A stretch of DNA of 64,000 bases from a virus (Duplodnaviria; Caudoviricetes). The notes below the pieces were generated by a model, which did not search any database, was not told the origin of the DNA, and saw nothing but the letters and a program-made list of their open reading frames with translations. The DNA lies in IMG/VR virus record IMGVR_UViG_3300047567_000025, positions 64,001 to 128,000 of that record. The stretch is one strand, 5' to 3'. Position 1 is the stretch's first letter, and each line of letters starts with the position of its first letter. Both the position numbers and the translations under genes were made by a program. Positions 42,436 to 51,548 of the stretch are shown here, one piece after another.

Positions 42436-43254
42436 ATGAATATCACATATGATAATCATGTATTATCTATATTTAATGAAAACGATAAAAAAGTATTTAG
42501 TACCAATTTAAATTATGATAATGAACAAATAGATTGTTCAAATATAGTAATTCATGAGGAATCATCAAAATATCTTATAAAAGATTATGTTGAACAACTG
42601 ATATTAGAATCAAATGTAGATATTGAGGATGAGAAGATAATCAATGTTGTTAATGAAATATATAATGATAAAATGATTTCATCAAAATATTTTAATATTA
42701 ATAATATTAAATCGAAAGTATCTGAGTTTACAGATTTCTTTAATGAAGCAGCTATTGCGAATAAAGAATATACTTCTAAAGAGAGGAATATAGCAACTGA
42801 TATTGTTACTGCGTATATTTCTAATAGATGGGCTAAAGGAGATACGATAGATTTAGGTTTACCAAGAATACAAAGATTAGCTTCTAAATACGGATATAAA
42901 CATAAAGCTTATAATATAAAATTAGCAATACAAAAACTCAATTCATCAGATACTGATAAAATTAAGTATTATGTAACGATGAATACTGATAATAACAATA
43001 TCAAAACAGTCGTTATATATTTTAATTTCTATATTGAAAATGATATATATCAATTATCATTTCATTTAAAAAGACATGTTGTTACAAAAGATATGGATAA
43101 TGTTGAAGCGATAGCTATTAAGAAAGAACAAACTGATTTTGATGAAATAATGAAGTATTATCAGAAAACGGAGATATTAACTCATATTAGTGATCTTAGA
43201 AAGTCTGCTTGTTCAGCAGCTACTAAATTAATAGAATATTACAATATTTCTTAA
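42436..43254 (+). CDS. Hypothetical protein (possibly virion; IHEES/ILES/FNEAA motifs)
   Basis: 272 aa; AAAGGA RBS. Confidence 0.55.
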   Translation: MNITYDNHVLSIFNENDKKVFSTNLNYDNEQIDCSNIVIHEESSKYLIKDYVEQLILESNVDIEDEKIINVVNEIYNDKMISSKYFNINNIKSKVSEFTDFFNEAAIANKEYTSKERNIATDIVTAYISNRWAKGDTIDLGLPRIQRLASKYGYKHKAYNIKLAIQKLNSSDTDKIKYYVTMNTDNNNIKTVVIYFNFYIENDIYQLSFHLKRHVVTKDMDNVEAIAIKKEQTDFDEIMKYYQKTEILTHISDLRKSACSAATKLIEYYNIS

Positions 43255-43263
43255 TTTTCAAAT

Positions 43264-43340
43264 ATATATTATTAATATGAATAAAATTATATTATAAAGC
43301 CATCACAGAGCTGTATAATCTGTGAAGAAAGAGGTATATT
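43264..43340 (+). promoter_or_regulatory. Putative early promoter (ATATATTATT) plus leader hairpin shared with 61269-61314
   Basis: Motif also at 8126, 44015, 53737 and 61055; leader TCACAGA-GCTGTATAA-TCTGTGA-AGAAAGAGGTATATT-ATG occurs twice. Confidence 0.55.
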
Positions 43341-43706
43341 ATGAAATATACAAATGAAGTGTTCAAAGGTAATATAATAGAAAAAACATATGAAGATACT
43401 GTTTTCGATAATTGTTGTTTTGAAGGTGTTCTCTTTATAGGTGTTGAATTTAAAAACTGTCGATTTTTAAATTCAACATTTGAACAATGTACATTTGAAA
43501 ATTGTACTATAACAGCTACACGATGGACAAGTTGTACATTAAGTGAAGTCGATTTTGAGTTTACATTAGTTTATTATTCTAATTTTGATGAAGATTGTAA
43601 AATTAATGAAAACGTATTATTTATGTCAGGATGGGATGATAACATAAATAATGATATTGAAGAAATATTTGGAAATCTTCAATCACAAGTTAACATATGT
43701 AAATGA
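43341..43706 (+). CDS. Pentapeptide-repeat protein
   Basis: Five-residue periodicity (TVFDN CCFEG VLFIG VEFKN CRFLN STFEQ CTFEN). Confidence 0.85.
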   Translation: MKYTNEVFKGNIIEKTYEDTVFDNCCFEGVLFIGVEFKNCRFLNSTFEQCTFENCTITATRWTSCTLSEVDFEFTLVYYSNFDEDCKINENVLFMSGWDDNINNDIEEIFGNLQSQVNICK

Positions 43707-43715
43707 GATATATTA

Positions 43716-43749
43716 GTATGGGGATTAATCCCCATACGCTTCTTTTTTT
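43716..43749 (+). terminator. Rho-independent terminator
   Basis: gtatggggattaatccccatac palindrome followed by a T-run. Confidence 0.8.
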
Positions 43750-44081
43750 GTAAATGTAATATCACTCACACTCACAAAACACTATTATTTTATTACTAAT
43801 TATTCATTCAAAAATAAAAGATTAAAAAAAGTAAACTACGTGATAATTTTTTTAATATTTTTTGTGAAATGTTATGAACAAAAAGTAGTGTGTGTTTAAA
43901 ATAAAAGAAATAAAAAATATTAAACCCGGAGAGGGACGGTTTCCCTCAAACAATTATTTTTAATATTGGTGGCTTAATAGCCACCACATGTAACATCTTT
44001 TTTATACTCCATACATATATTATTATTGTGGACCGGATAAACACATTATCAAAGAATTATAATATTAAGGAGTGAATATAA

Positions 44082-45923
44082 TTGGAATCTGAATTACAAT
44101 GCGGACATGCACCGCGAGATTTGAATTATCCAGAGGGCTCTATGTTATTCGATGTTCGATACTCTCGTAAGCCAGAAACATTTGAAGTTATATATTGGAA
44201 CCCATTAACAAAGCAACTCGAATTGAAGTATGAAGAACCAATAATTGACATTTGGTTTCTCAAGGAGGAATATCGCACAAACAAGTATCAGATATCACAA
44301 GCAGAAATGGAAAAATGCTATCCTGTATATTGTAAGCCATCACAAGTATCAAAGATGATAGCACTTCATGCAGGCCGTACTCCTGTGTATAATAATGATA
44401 GTATGACATATAAAGAATACTATGACCAATATGTCGATCAAATAAAAACTAATGATATGGCATCTGTTATGTGTACTAATCCATATGTATTTAAGGCAGA
44501 TTTTACTCCCGACGTTTATTTTAGATTACGATGGCTGAAGAAATTTGGTGCTGAAATTGATGCATCTAATGTAACATTTGGTCTTGTTGATATTGAGACT
44601 GATGTTTTAGATAGACCGATAGATATTGCTGACATTCATTCAGCTCCGCAACCAATTAATGCTGTATCAATAATATTGCCGCATGTAAAGATTATGGCGT
44701 TGCTAGTACTTAGCCCGCGACCAAAATCACAGATACATGAAAGATTTCATTCATTGCTTGAAAATCAGATGAATGAATATAATTGGCTTATAAATAATAT
44801 AGATGCATTTAAACAACAAATTGTTGAAGATGATCCTGACAATAATAAGTATCTTAAAGGCTACGACGTGCGTATTCATACATTTGATTTTAGTGATGAA
44901 ATAAATCTAATAAAGACAGTATTTGATTACATTAACAAATACCGTCCGATGTTCACAATGTCATGGAATGCAAAGTTTGATGATAATTATCTAATTGAAA
45001 GAGCTAAATATCTTGGATATGACCCCAAGGAATTTGTCATACCAAAAGAATTTAAAACAAATACATTATTTTACAAAGAAGATCAGTCCCAAAACTTCTC
45101 ACTCAAGACATCTCGTGATTGGATGTATGTATCAACATATACAGTCTTTATATGTCAAATGCGTTTGTTTGCAGCAATACGCAAATCTCAACAAGAACGA
45201 AGATCTTATTCATTGTCATCTGTCGGAAAAGATATAGCTAAAATCGACAAGTTAACAAATACGAAGTCGGGATCATTTCGTACATTTGCGTATACGGATT
45301 TTTTAAAGTTTCTATTATATAATCCACGTGATGTTGTTGTCCAACTCGCGATTGAATTAAATTGTAATGATTGTCAATCTATTGTCACTCGGTCATATAT
45401 GTTTGCAACACAGTATTCAAAGTGTTTCCAAGAAACTCATATTGTTCGTAATCATAGAGAAGATTTTTATGAGTCGGATGGTTATGTACAAGCTTGCAGA
45501 TTGCTAATAGAACCTGGTACAGAGTCTGCTTTTAGAGGAGCTTTCGTTGCACCTACTGAAAAGAATGCACCGACAGGGTATGTACTAAATGGAAAATATA
45601 TGAATAACATCATCTATGGGGCTCTTGATGCTGATGCTTCATCATATTATCCATCAACAAAAATGGCAATGAACATGGATCCTATGTCATTGATATATAA
45701 ATGCATAATTAATAATGAAATATTTGCATCTGGTCAATGCATTAACCATTCATTTAATCAGAGCTATCTATGGTATGATAGTAAGAATAAGCCTCATCCA
45801 GAAGATTTATCCGGTCCGATTATAAATTCTTATAAGAATGGAAATGAACTATCCGTTATGTACAATTGGTTTAACTTGCCTAGTATATCTGAATATTTTC
45901 AGTATATAGATTCATTAATATAA
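44082..45923 (+). CDS. Family B DNA polymerase, N-terminal part (3'-5' exonuclease + motif A); split polymerase
   Basis: ExoI DIETD, ExoII WNAKFD, ExoIII YNPRD, FRGAFV and motif A DASSYYPS; no motif B/C before the stop; TTG start after AAGGAG. Confidence 0.85.
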   Translation: MESELQCGHAPRDLNYPEGSMLFDVRYSRKPETFEVIYWNPLTKQLELKYEEPIIDIWFLKEEYRTNKYQISQAEMEKCYPVYCKPSQVSKMIALHAGRTPVYNNDSMTYKEYYDQYVDQIKTNDMASVMCTNPYVFKADFTPDVYFRLRWLKKFGAEIDASNVTFGLVDIETDVLDRPIDIADIHSAPQPINAVSIILPHVKIMALLVLSPRPKSQIHERFHSLLENQMNEYNWLINNIDAFKQQIVEDDPDNNKYLKGYDVRIHTFDFSDEINLIKTVFDYINKYRPMFTMSWNAKFDDNYLIERAKYLGYDPKEFVIPKEFKTNTLFYKEDQSQNFSLKTSRDWMYVSTYTVFICQMRLFAAIRKSQQERRSYSLSSVGKDIAKIDKLTNTKSGSFRTFAYTDFLKFLLYNPRDVVVQLAIELNCNDCQSIVTRSYMFATQYSKCFQETHIVRNHREDFYESDGYVQACRLLIEPGTESAFRGAFVAPTEKNAPTGYVLNGKYMNNIIYGALDADASSYYPSTKMAMNMDPMSLIYKCIINNEIFASGQCINHSFNQSYLWYDSKNKPHPEDLSGPIINSYKNGNELSVMYNWFNLPSISEYFQYIDSLI

Positions 45924-45946
45924 ATAAAAGGAAAGAAGTTGGAACG

Positions 45947-48211
45947 ATGTTTGATGAAAACAATATCCCCGAAAAAGAAATGGCTGAACTATCCAAAAAA
46001 TACATGTGTTTGTATGGCGTAAATGTTAATCTGCAGAGAGCCATACCATTTATATCTGATGGCTTGAAACCTGTATGGCGAAAGATTCTATTTGTAATTT
46101 ACAAAAATTATGGAAAAGGTAAGATTAAAGTTGCATCAGCAATAGGTGACGTTCTGAAAATACAGCCTCACTCCGATATAGGAATGAAAGATGTGTTTGG
46201 TCGTCTTGCACAGACATTCTCAAATAATGTGCCACTATTAACAGCACATGGTAATGCAGGAACTGCTGTTGTTGGTAGTGACGCAGCCGCTCCTAGATAC
46301 TGGAGCGTTTCACTTGCTAAATTTACATTAGATGTATTATTTGATGAATTTGATGGTAAAGTAAACATGAAGCCAAATTATGATAATACAAGTGAAGAAC
46401 CAATATCATTACCTGCTAAATTTCCATTAATATTATTGAATGGAACGTCTGGTATTGGATATACACTGTCATCTGATATATATCCATATAATCTTTCAGA
46501 AATAGCTGATGCAACAATCAAACTGTTGAAGAATCCGCAAGCTAAAGTAAAACTGATACCAGATTCTCCTACAGGATGTGACATCATAGTCAGAGATGAA
46601 CGTACATTTGTAATGCAGTCATCATTTGATATTGATAATATCAATTATGTAATTACAATCAAGAATACTCCATATATGAGATATCTTGATGATATCGACA
46701 ATAAACTTCGTGAGATACAAGACTCGCCAAATCCAATCAAAGAGATATTAGATGCCAATGATGAATCCGATCTTATCAATAACAAGATTAGATATATCAT
46801 ACATTGCAAACCATGTAATTTATATAATGTCATCAATACTCTTTTCAAACGTGTCCCCGGATTTCGTATTGTGATTAGCACAAGTAATATGCTTGTCGTT
46901 GATAATTTTCGCACAAAAGAATATGATGTTAGACAAATACTTTGCTCATGGATTAGAAACAGACTAATCGAGAAGCGAGCATGGTTCTTGCGTAGGCTTG
47001 TATCTACAACGACAGAATATAATATGCTTGAGGGCAAATCATTCATGCTTTCACCAGAGAATCTTAATAAAACTATTAATATATTCCGTTCATGCGAAGC
47101 ACGTGATGAGATAGTTCCGTCAATTGTCAAAGCATACAATGGTAAAGTGACTTCATCACAGGCAAATTATGTTTCTGAGCTCCGAGTATATAATTTAACA
47201 AATGGCGAATATAAAAAGACAATTAAGGCAATGGAATCTGTCCAGAAAGATATTGATTATATTCGTAATATTATTGAAACTCCAAACAAAGTCTGTGAAG
47301 TCATCATAGATGAGATAAAAACAATCAAGCATTTATATGGCACTCCACGAAAATCAAAGATATTAAACCTTGACAGCAATGAAAATGTGAATATTGGTGT
47401 TGTTCAGATACTACCAGATGGGAATATCTTATTTTCAGAAACAGAAAATCCAGAACACTTGTCATCTGACATAACGCCAATATCAAGTGATGAGGTTTGT
47501 CTTATTGATGATCAAGGATTCTTTCTATGGGTTGATACAGCACATGTTGATCATGATAAACCTATGACAATGACTTCTATTGGAAAATCACAGATGGGAA
47601 AATGCGTATTTGCAGCATCAAATCCGGATAATGATTTAGTAATATTGACGAATAAAGGACGCATTAAATATATGCCGATATCTAAAATACCATCGAATAC
47701 ATCACGGAAGCCACTTGTTGCATTGAATGAAGATGAATATATTGTTTCTGTATTAGAGCTTCGTGATAACACATCTGATATCCTTGTGTATACTTCGGAC
47801 GGTATGGGTAAACGTATACAAATATCTGATTTGAATAAGGTATTATCTGTTGAAGCAGCTGGACAGTTTATTTTAAAGGATTATGAAGTATCAGGAATGT
47901 TCTGTATTAATTCTAAAAAGCCACTACTTGTGTATGTAACAAAATTAGGCAGATTAAGAGTTAACCAGTCTAAATTCTTAACAAGCACAAATAAATTTGC
48001 TGAACCAAAGCCAATTATCAAGTTATCTACACAGGATGATTTAATTGCAGTCTTTTGCTGTAATAAAAATCAGTGCGTAACGCTTAATCATGCGGATGGA
48101 AGAGTTACGACTGTTAACGTTGAATCGCTTGATATATCAACAATGGCTGTTGAACCGACACGACCACGTCACGTTCCTGGTGTGAAGGTTATACGAGCAA
48201 GCTTGTCATAG
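45947..48211 (+). CDS. gyrA: DNA gyrase / type IIA topoisomerase subunit A
   Basis: RAIP..SDGLKPVWR, QPH, AAAPRY catalytic Tyr, LLNGTSGIG, C-terminal pinwheel blades (LTNKGRIK, YTSDGMGKR, VTKLGRLR). Confidence 0.9.
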   Translation: MFDENNIPEKEMAELSKKYMCLYGVNVNLQRAIPFISDGLKPVWRKILFVIYKNYGKGKIKVASAIGDVLKIQPHSDIGMKDVFGRLAQTFSNNVPLLTAHGNAGTAVVGSDAAAPRYWSVSLAKFTLDVLFDEFDGKVNMKPNYDNTSEEPISLPAKFPLILLNGTSGIGYTLSSDIYPYNLSEIADATIKLLKNPQAKVKLIPDSPTGCDIIVRDERTFVMQSSFDIDNINYVITIKNTPYMRYLDDIDNKLREIQDSPNPIKEILDANDESDLINNKIRYIIHCKPCNLYNVINTLFKRVPGFRIVISTSNMLVVDNFRTKEYDVRQILCSWIRNRLIEKRAWFLRRLVSTTTEYNMLEGKSFMLSPENLNKTINIFRSCEARDEIVPSIVKAYNGKVTSSQANYVSELRVYNLTNGEYKKTIKAMESVQKDIDYIRNIIETPNKVCEVIIDEIKTIKHLYGTPRKSKILNLDSNENVNIGVVQILPDGNILFSETENPEHLSSDITPISSDEVCLIDDQGFFLWVDTAHVDHDKPMTMTSIGKSQMGKCVFAASNPDNDLVILTNKGRIKYMPISKIPSNTSRKPLVALNEDEYIVSVLELRDNTSDILVYTSDGMGKRIQISDLNKVLSVEAAGQFILKDYEVSGMFCINSKKPLLVYVTKLGRLRVNQSKFLTSTNKFAEPKPIIKLSTQDDLIAVFCCNKNQCVTLNHADGRVTTVNVESLDISTMAVEPTRPRHVPGVKVIRASLS

Positions 48212-48222
48212 GAGTAAATATT

Positions 48223-48369
48223 ATGGAAAAACTATTAACAGATTTAAAAAATCTGATGTGTGTTTGGAATGACACATATCCAAGTACTAAAGCAATTGTG
48301 ATTATAGCTTTGATATTAACGGTAAAACTGATAATGTGTCTGACGGGTTTCATCAGTCATATGATATGA
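48223..48369 (+). CDS. Small membrane protein (48 aa)
   Basis: AGGAG RBS; one hydrophobic helix; not in the ORF track. Confidence 0.5.
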   Translation: MEKLLTDLKNLMCVWNDTYPSTKAIVIIALILTVKLIMCLTGFISHMI

Positions 48370-48401
48370 CAATATAATTTATTAGAAAGGAGGTGATGCT
48401 A

Positions 48402-49951
48402 ATGAAGTCCGCTGCTTTTACGGTAACAATAAGAGCCACATCGATAACGATAAGTCCTGGTAATGCATCTGTTGAATTATTACATCCATTGCTTTCATTG
48501 TTTGAATATGACGATGAATTTACAGAGGAATCTCATATACTTGGCTATATGCTAGATACTGATACTGATATTTTATATATTCATAAAGGTGTAGAGTTGA
48601 GTTATCTACAACGTCTACTTGGCAATGTCATATTCGTCAAAGATGAATATGACAAATGTGATCCTATGAGATTTGAATATGAAGAGATAATATCACCACG
48701 TAATGAAGATCAGCAAGATGTAATTGATTTTATAGCGGGAACCAAAGGACATATACAAAACATTGATGCACGCCAATTATTCTTAGTAAAACAACCTGGC
48801 TTTGGTTAGGTAAAACATATTGTTCAGGCGTTGGATTATGTAAATACGGTGTTAAGACATTGATAATTGTGCATCGAGAACAACTTCGAACGCAATGGCT
48901 AAATTCGTTGTATAATATGGCAGGTCTTACTTCGCATGATGTACATGAAATAGCATCATCGGAAGAGTTATATGACATAGCATATAACCGTCATAATTAT
49001 GACTATGATGTGTATTTAATGACACATGCAACTTTCAGGTCTGGTATAAAACGTATCGGGAATCTGAATGATGTCCGTAATATATCTCGCAATTTAAAAA
49101 TAGGACTAAAAATTATCGATGAAGCACATCTTGAATTCAGAGATACATTAATAATGGATTTCTTATTTAATGTCAAACGTAATTTATATCTTACAGCAAC
49201 AGATGGAAGATCTGCAAAAGAAGAGAATGCAATTTTTAAGCATGTATTTTGTAATGCGGTATATTATAAGAAATCTATATTATATACAGACAATTTGCCT
49301 AAAAAATGGGTAAACTATGTTATGGTCGATGTGAACACTCATTGCAAGCCGAATATATATCGGTATAAAGTTGCTGGAAGCCGAGGTATGACCCCTGCAA
49401 CATATGGAAAATGGGTTATCCAGTATGATAAAAACAAAACACATTTCAAAGTATGTCGTGACCTTCTACGAATAATTTATGAGCGTGATGAACGTGCAAA
49501 AGTGCTAATATTTATGCCATTGATAGAACTGTGTGAAGAGTGTGCTCATTTTTGCAACATGGAGTTGAATTATGATGATTCGTTTGCATATGAATTAACT
49601 ATAAAAACAATAAACTCACATAATTCTAAATCGGAAAACGACAGAAACAAGAGAGCAGATGTTATAATAACAACAATTGCTTCATGTGGAACAGGAACTG
49701 ATATCCCGGGGATAACAGATATCATATCATGCTCACCATTCAAAAGTTCGATTACTGCAGAACAAGTTATGGGTAGAATTAGATACTGTGGAAAAATATG
49801 TCATTATTATGATATATACGACGTTTCTGTTCTAATAGACAAATTCATGTTTAAAGCAAGATCTAAGAAAATGATACAACTATCATTGAATTCAAAATAC
49901 ATGTCGTGGATAGATGACGATGATGCAAATAATAAGAAAGATGAGAGGTGA
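48402..49951 (+). CDS. Superfamily 2 (UvsW-like DEAH) helicase, interrupted within Walker A at 48807-48811
   Basis: PRNEDQ Q-motif and KQPGFG in ORF1; KT, IIDEAH, TAT and QVMGRIR in the next frame; removing 5 nt gives a 514-aa helicase with PGFGKT. Confidence 0.85.
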
Positions 49952-49955
49952 TATT

Positions 49956-50111
49956 ATGATTGTCAAAGTTAATTTAACAAATGGAAAATCCAAAGTAGTA
50001 GAATGCGATACGACATTTCAAGATAATGACGTCATTCGAATGATGCGAAATGGTGAATGCATTTGTGCTTTTATTAAGGAAAAAGTCGTTTCGGTTGAAA
50101 AAGTTAAATAA
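49956..50111 (+). CDS. Small hypothetical protein
   Basis: GAGGTG RBS, 51 aa. Confidence 0.55.
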   Translation: MIVKVNLTNGKSKVVECDTTFQDNDVIRMMRNGECICAFIKEKVVSVEKVK

Positions 50112-50117
50112 TTAAAT

Positions 50118-50149
50118 ATTATTAATGGGGCAAAGGCCCCATTAATAAT
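50118..50149. terminator. Hairpin terminator (ATGGGGC family)
   Basis: attattaatggggc-aaag-gccccattaataat. Confidence 0.75.
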
Positions 50150-50183
50150 TACATAATTTTATAGAAGGGAATACCAAAAAAAA

Positions 50184-50777
50184 ATGAATAATGAGAAATT
50201 TTATAATAAAACAATATTTGGTACAACAATATGCTTTTTATTATCAACTATATTTATTCTGATAAATCATGTATTCGATATCACATCTGCTTACATGTTT
50301 ATCATAGCAGGATATGCTATTGGAACATTAATCGCTGATGTACTCAGAAGTGTTCTATGCAAGAGGTGTGATAATAAAGATTTTAAACGTTATATCAATG
50401 ATATGATTAATATTACGAATAATGATACTCTTTTGAGCATAAAAGACACTGATATGATCAGTGCTAAAGAGTCAAACAACTTAGATCTTCCGATAGATAT
50501 AAGTAATACGGATGATAATGTTGAAAACCCTAATAAAAATGCGAAATATGATGCTGACGCTTCAGTATGTCAAAACATTGATGATAAATCAATTAGTGAA
50601 CAACTAGATTTAGCATATATAAATTCCGATGAGCATTCGATTGATTATATCGAGGAATTCGTGAATGATATTTATCAATCGATGAAAAATAAGACAGAAG
50701 AAATCGTTAATAAAATCGAAAATACTGATTATGGGAACGACGCTTGTTGCTTCTTGAAATTAAAAAAGAATAAATAA
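50184..50777 (+). CDS. Membrane protein with two N-terminal TM helices
   Basis: Hydrophobic N-terminus, acidic C-terminus. Confidence 0.6.
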   Translation: MNNEKFYNKTIFGTTICFLLSTIFILINHVFDITSAYMFIIAGYAIGTLIADVLRSVLCKRCDNKDFKRYINDMINITNNDTLLSIKDTDMISAKESNNLDLPIDISNTDDNVENPNKNAKYDADASVCQNIDDKSISEQLDLAYINSDEHSIDYIEEFVNDIYQSMKNKTEEIVNKIENTDYGNDACCFLKLKKNK

Positions 50778-50778
50778 T

Positions 50779-50808
50779 AATAATATGGGGCTAATGCCCC
50801 ATATTATT
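50779..50808. terminator. Bidirectional hairpin terminator
   Basis: aataatatggggc-taat-gccccatattatt between convergent genes. Confidence 0.8.
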
Positions 50809-50817
50809 TATTTATAT

Positions 50818-51276
50818 TTATTTAGACGGATTAGGATTATTGCTTATATTGAATACCTTTGGAGGAGGAGCACACTTTGGAAATTCAATTGATGGATCCA
50901 GTTCTATCAGTTTTGTTTCAAGCCACTGCCGATAATGTTGATTGTCATCAACTATCCAGTTCATAACAACTTGCAATCTATCATTTAAATTGTTAATTCG
51001 TTCATTTAGTTCATCATTTCTGTTTCTAAGTTCAGTTGCTTCTTTGTTAGATTGTTCTGTTATTTCTTGCAATTTTCTATTAATATAGTCGATACCTGTT
51101 ATACCTGTTTGTTTAACAACCGCATCTGCTTCTGATTTAATTTTAGCAGCTTCAGATTCGGTTTTAGCAGCTTCAGATTCATATTTGTGTCGACTAAGTA
51201 TAGCTGTTATAATTGCTGATATGCCGCCACTTCCAAGTGCAGCAACTATGATAGATGATATTAATGTAGTATTCAT
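50818..51276 (-). CDS. Single-TM coiled-coil protein (lysis-cassette type)
   Basis: IIVAALGSGGISAIITAIL TM followed by a coiled coil; ESEAAK duplicated. Confidence 0.55.
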   Translation of the reverse strand: MNTTLISSIIVAALGSGGISAIITAILSRHKYESEAAKTESEAAKIKSEADAVVKQTGITGIDYINRKLQEITEQSNKEATELRNRNDELNERINNLNDRLQVVMNWIVDDNQHYRQWLETKLIELDPSIEFPKCAPPPKVFNISNNPNPSK

Positions 51277-51310
51277 TTAAGATTATCGTCCTTCCTATGT
51301 AATTTTATCC

Positions 51311-51516
51311 GGTTGCAAATCTCCTTTACTACGGGGTTGAATAAAGTATCATTCAAGTAACTAATAAATATGAAGGCTAATAGATAAACCTTCAGTTGTG
51401 TATGTAACCCAGTTTAAGAGAAAATCCACGTGGCAGAAAGGCAAATCAAGAGTCAAAATAGTTAATCAAATTTGAATTTATGAAACTTATAACGATTAAC
51501 TATGAAAACAAATGAC
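51311..51516 (+). ncRNA. Candidate structured 5' leader RNA
   Basis: Multibranch fold closed by 51311-51317/51403-51409 with three inner hairpins; second 10-bp stem 51458-51467/51494-51503. Confidence 0.35.
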
Positions 51517-51548
51517 CCAAACAAAAACACAAAAGGAGTATTTCAAAA

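Noticed and set aside
48807-48809. TAG-to-Gln recoding (genetic code 15) explaining the split helicase
   Set aside because: Reading through TAG gives a short non-helicase tail ending at TGA; the helicase continues in another frame; gyrA ends normally at TAG
48804-48811. Group I intron or intein in the helicase
   Set aside because: Only 5 extra nucleotides; no room for a ribozyme or intein
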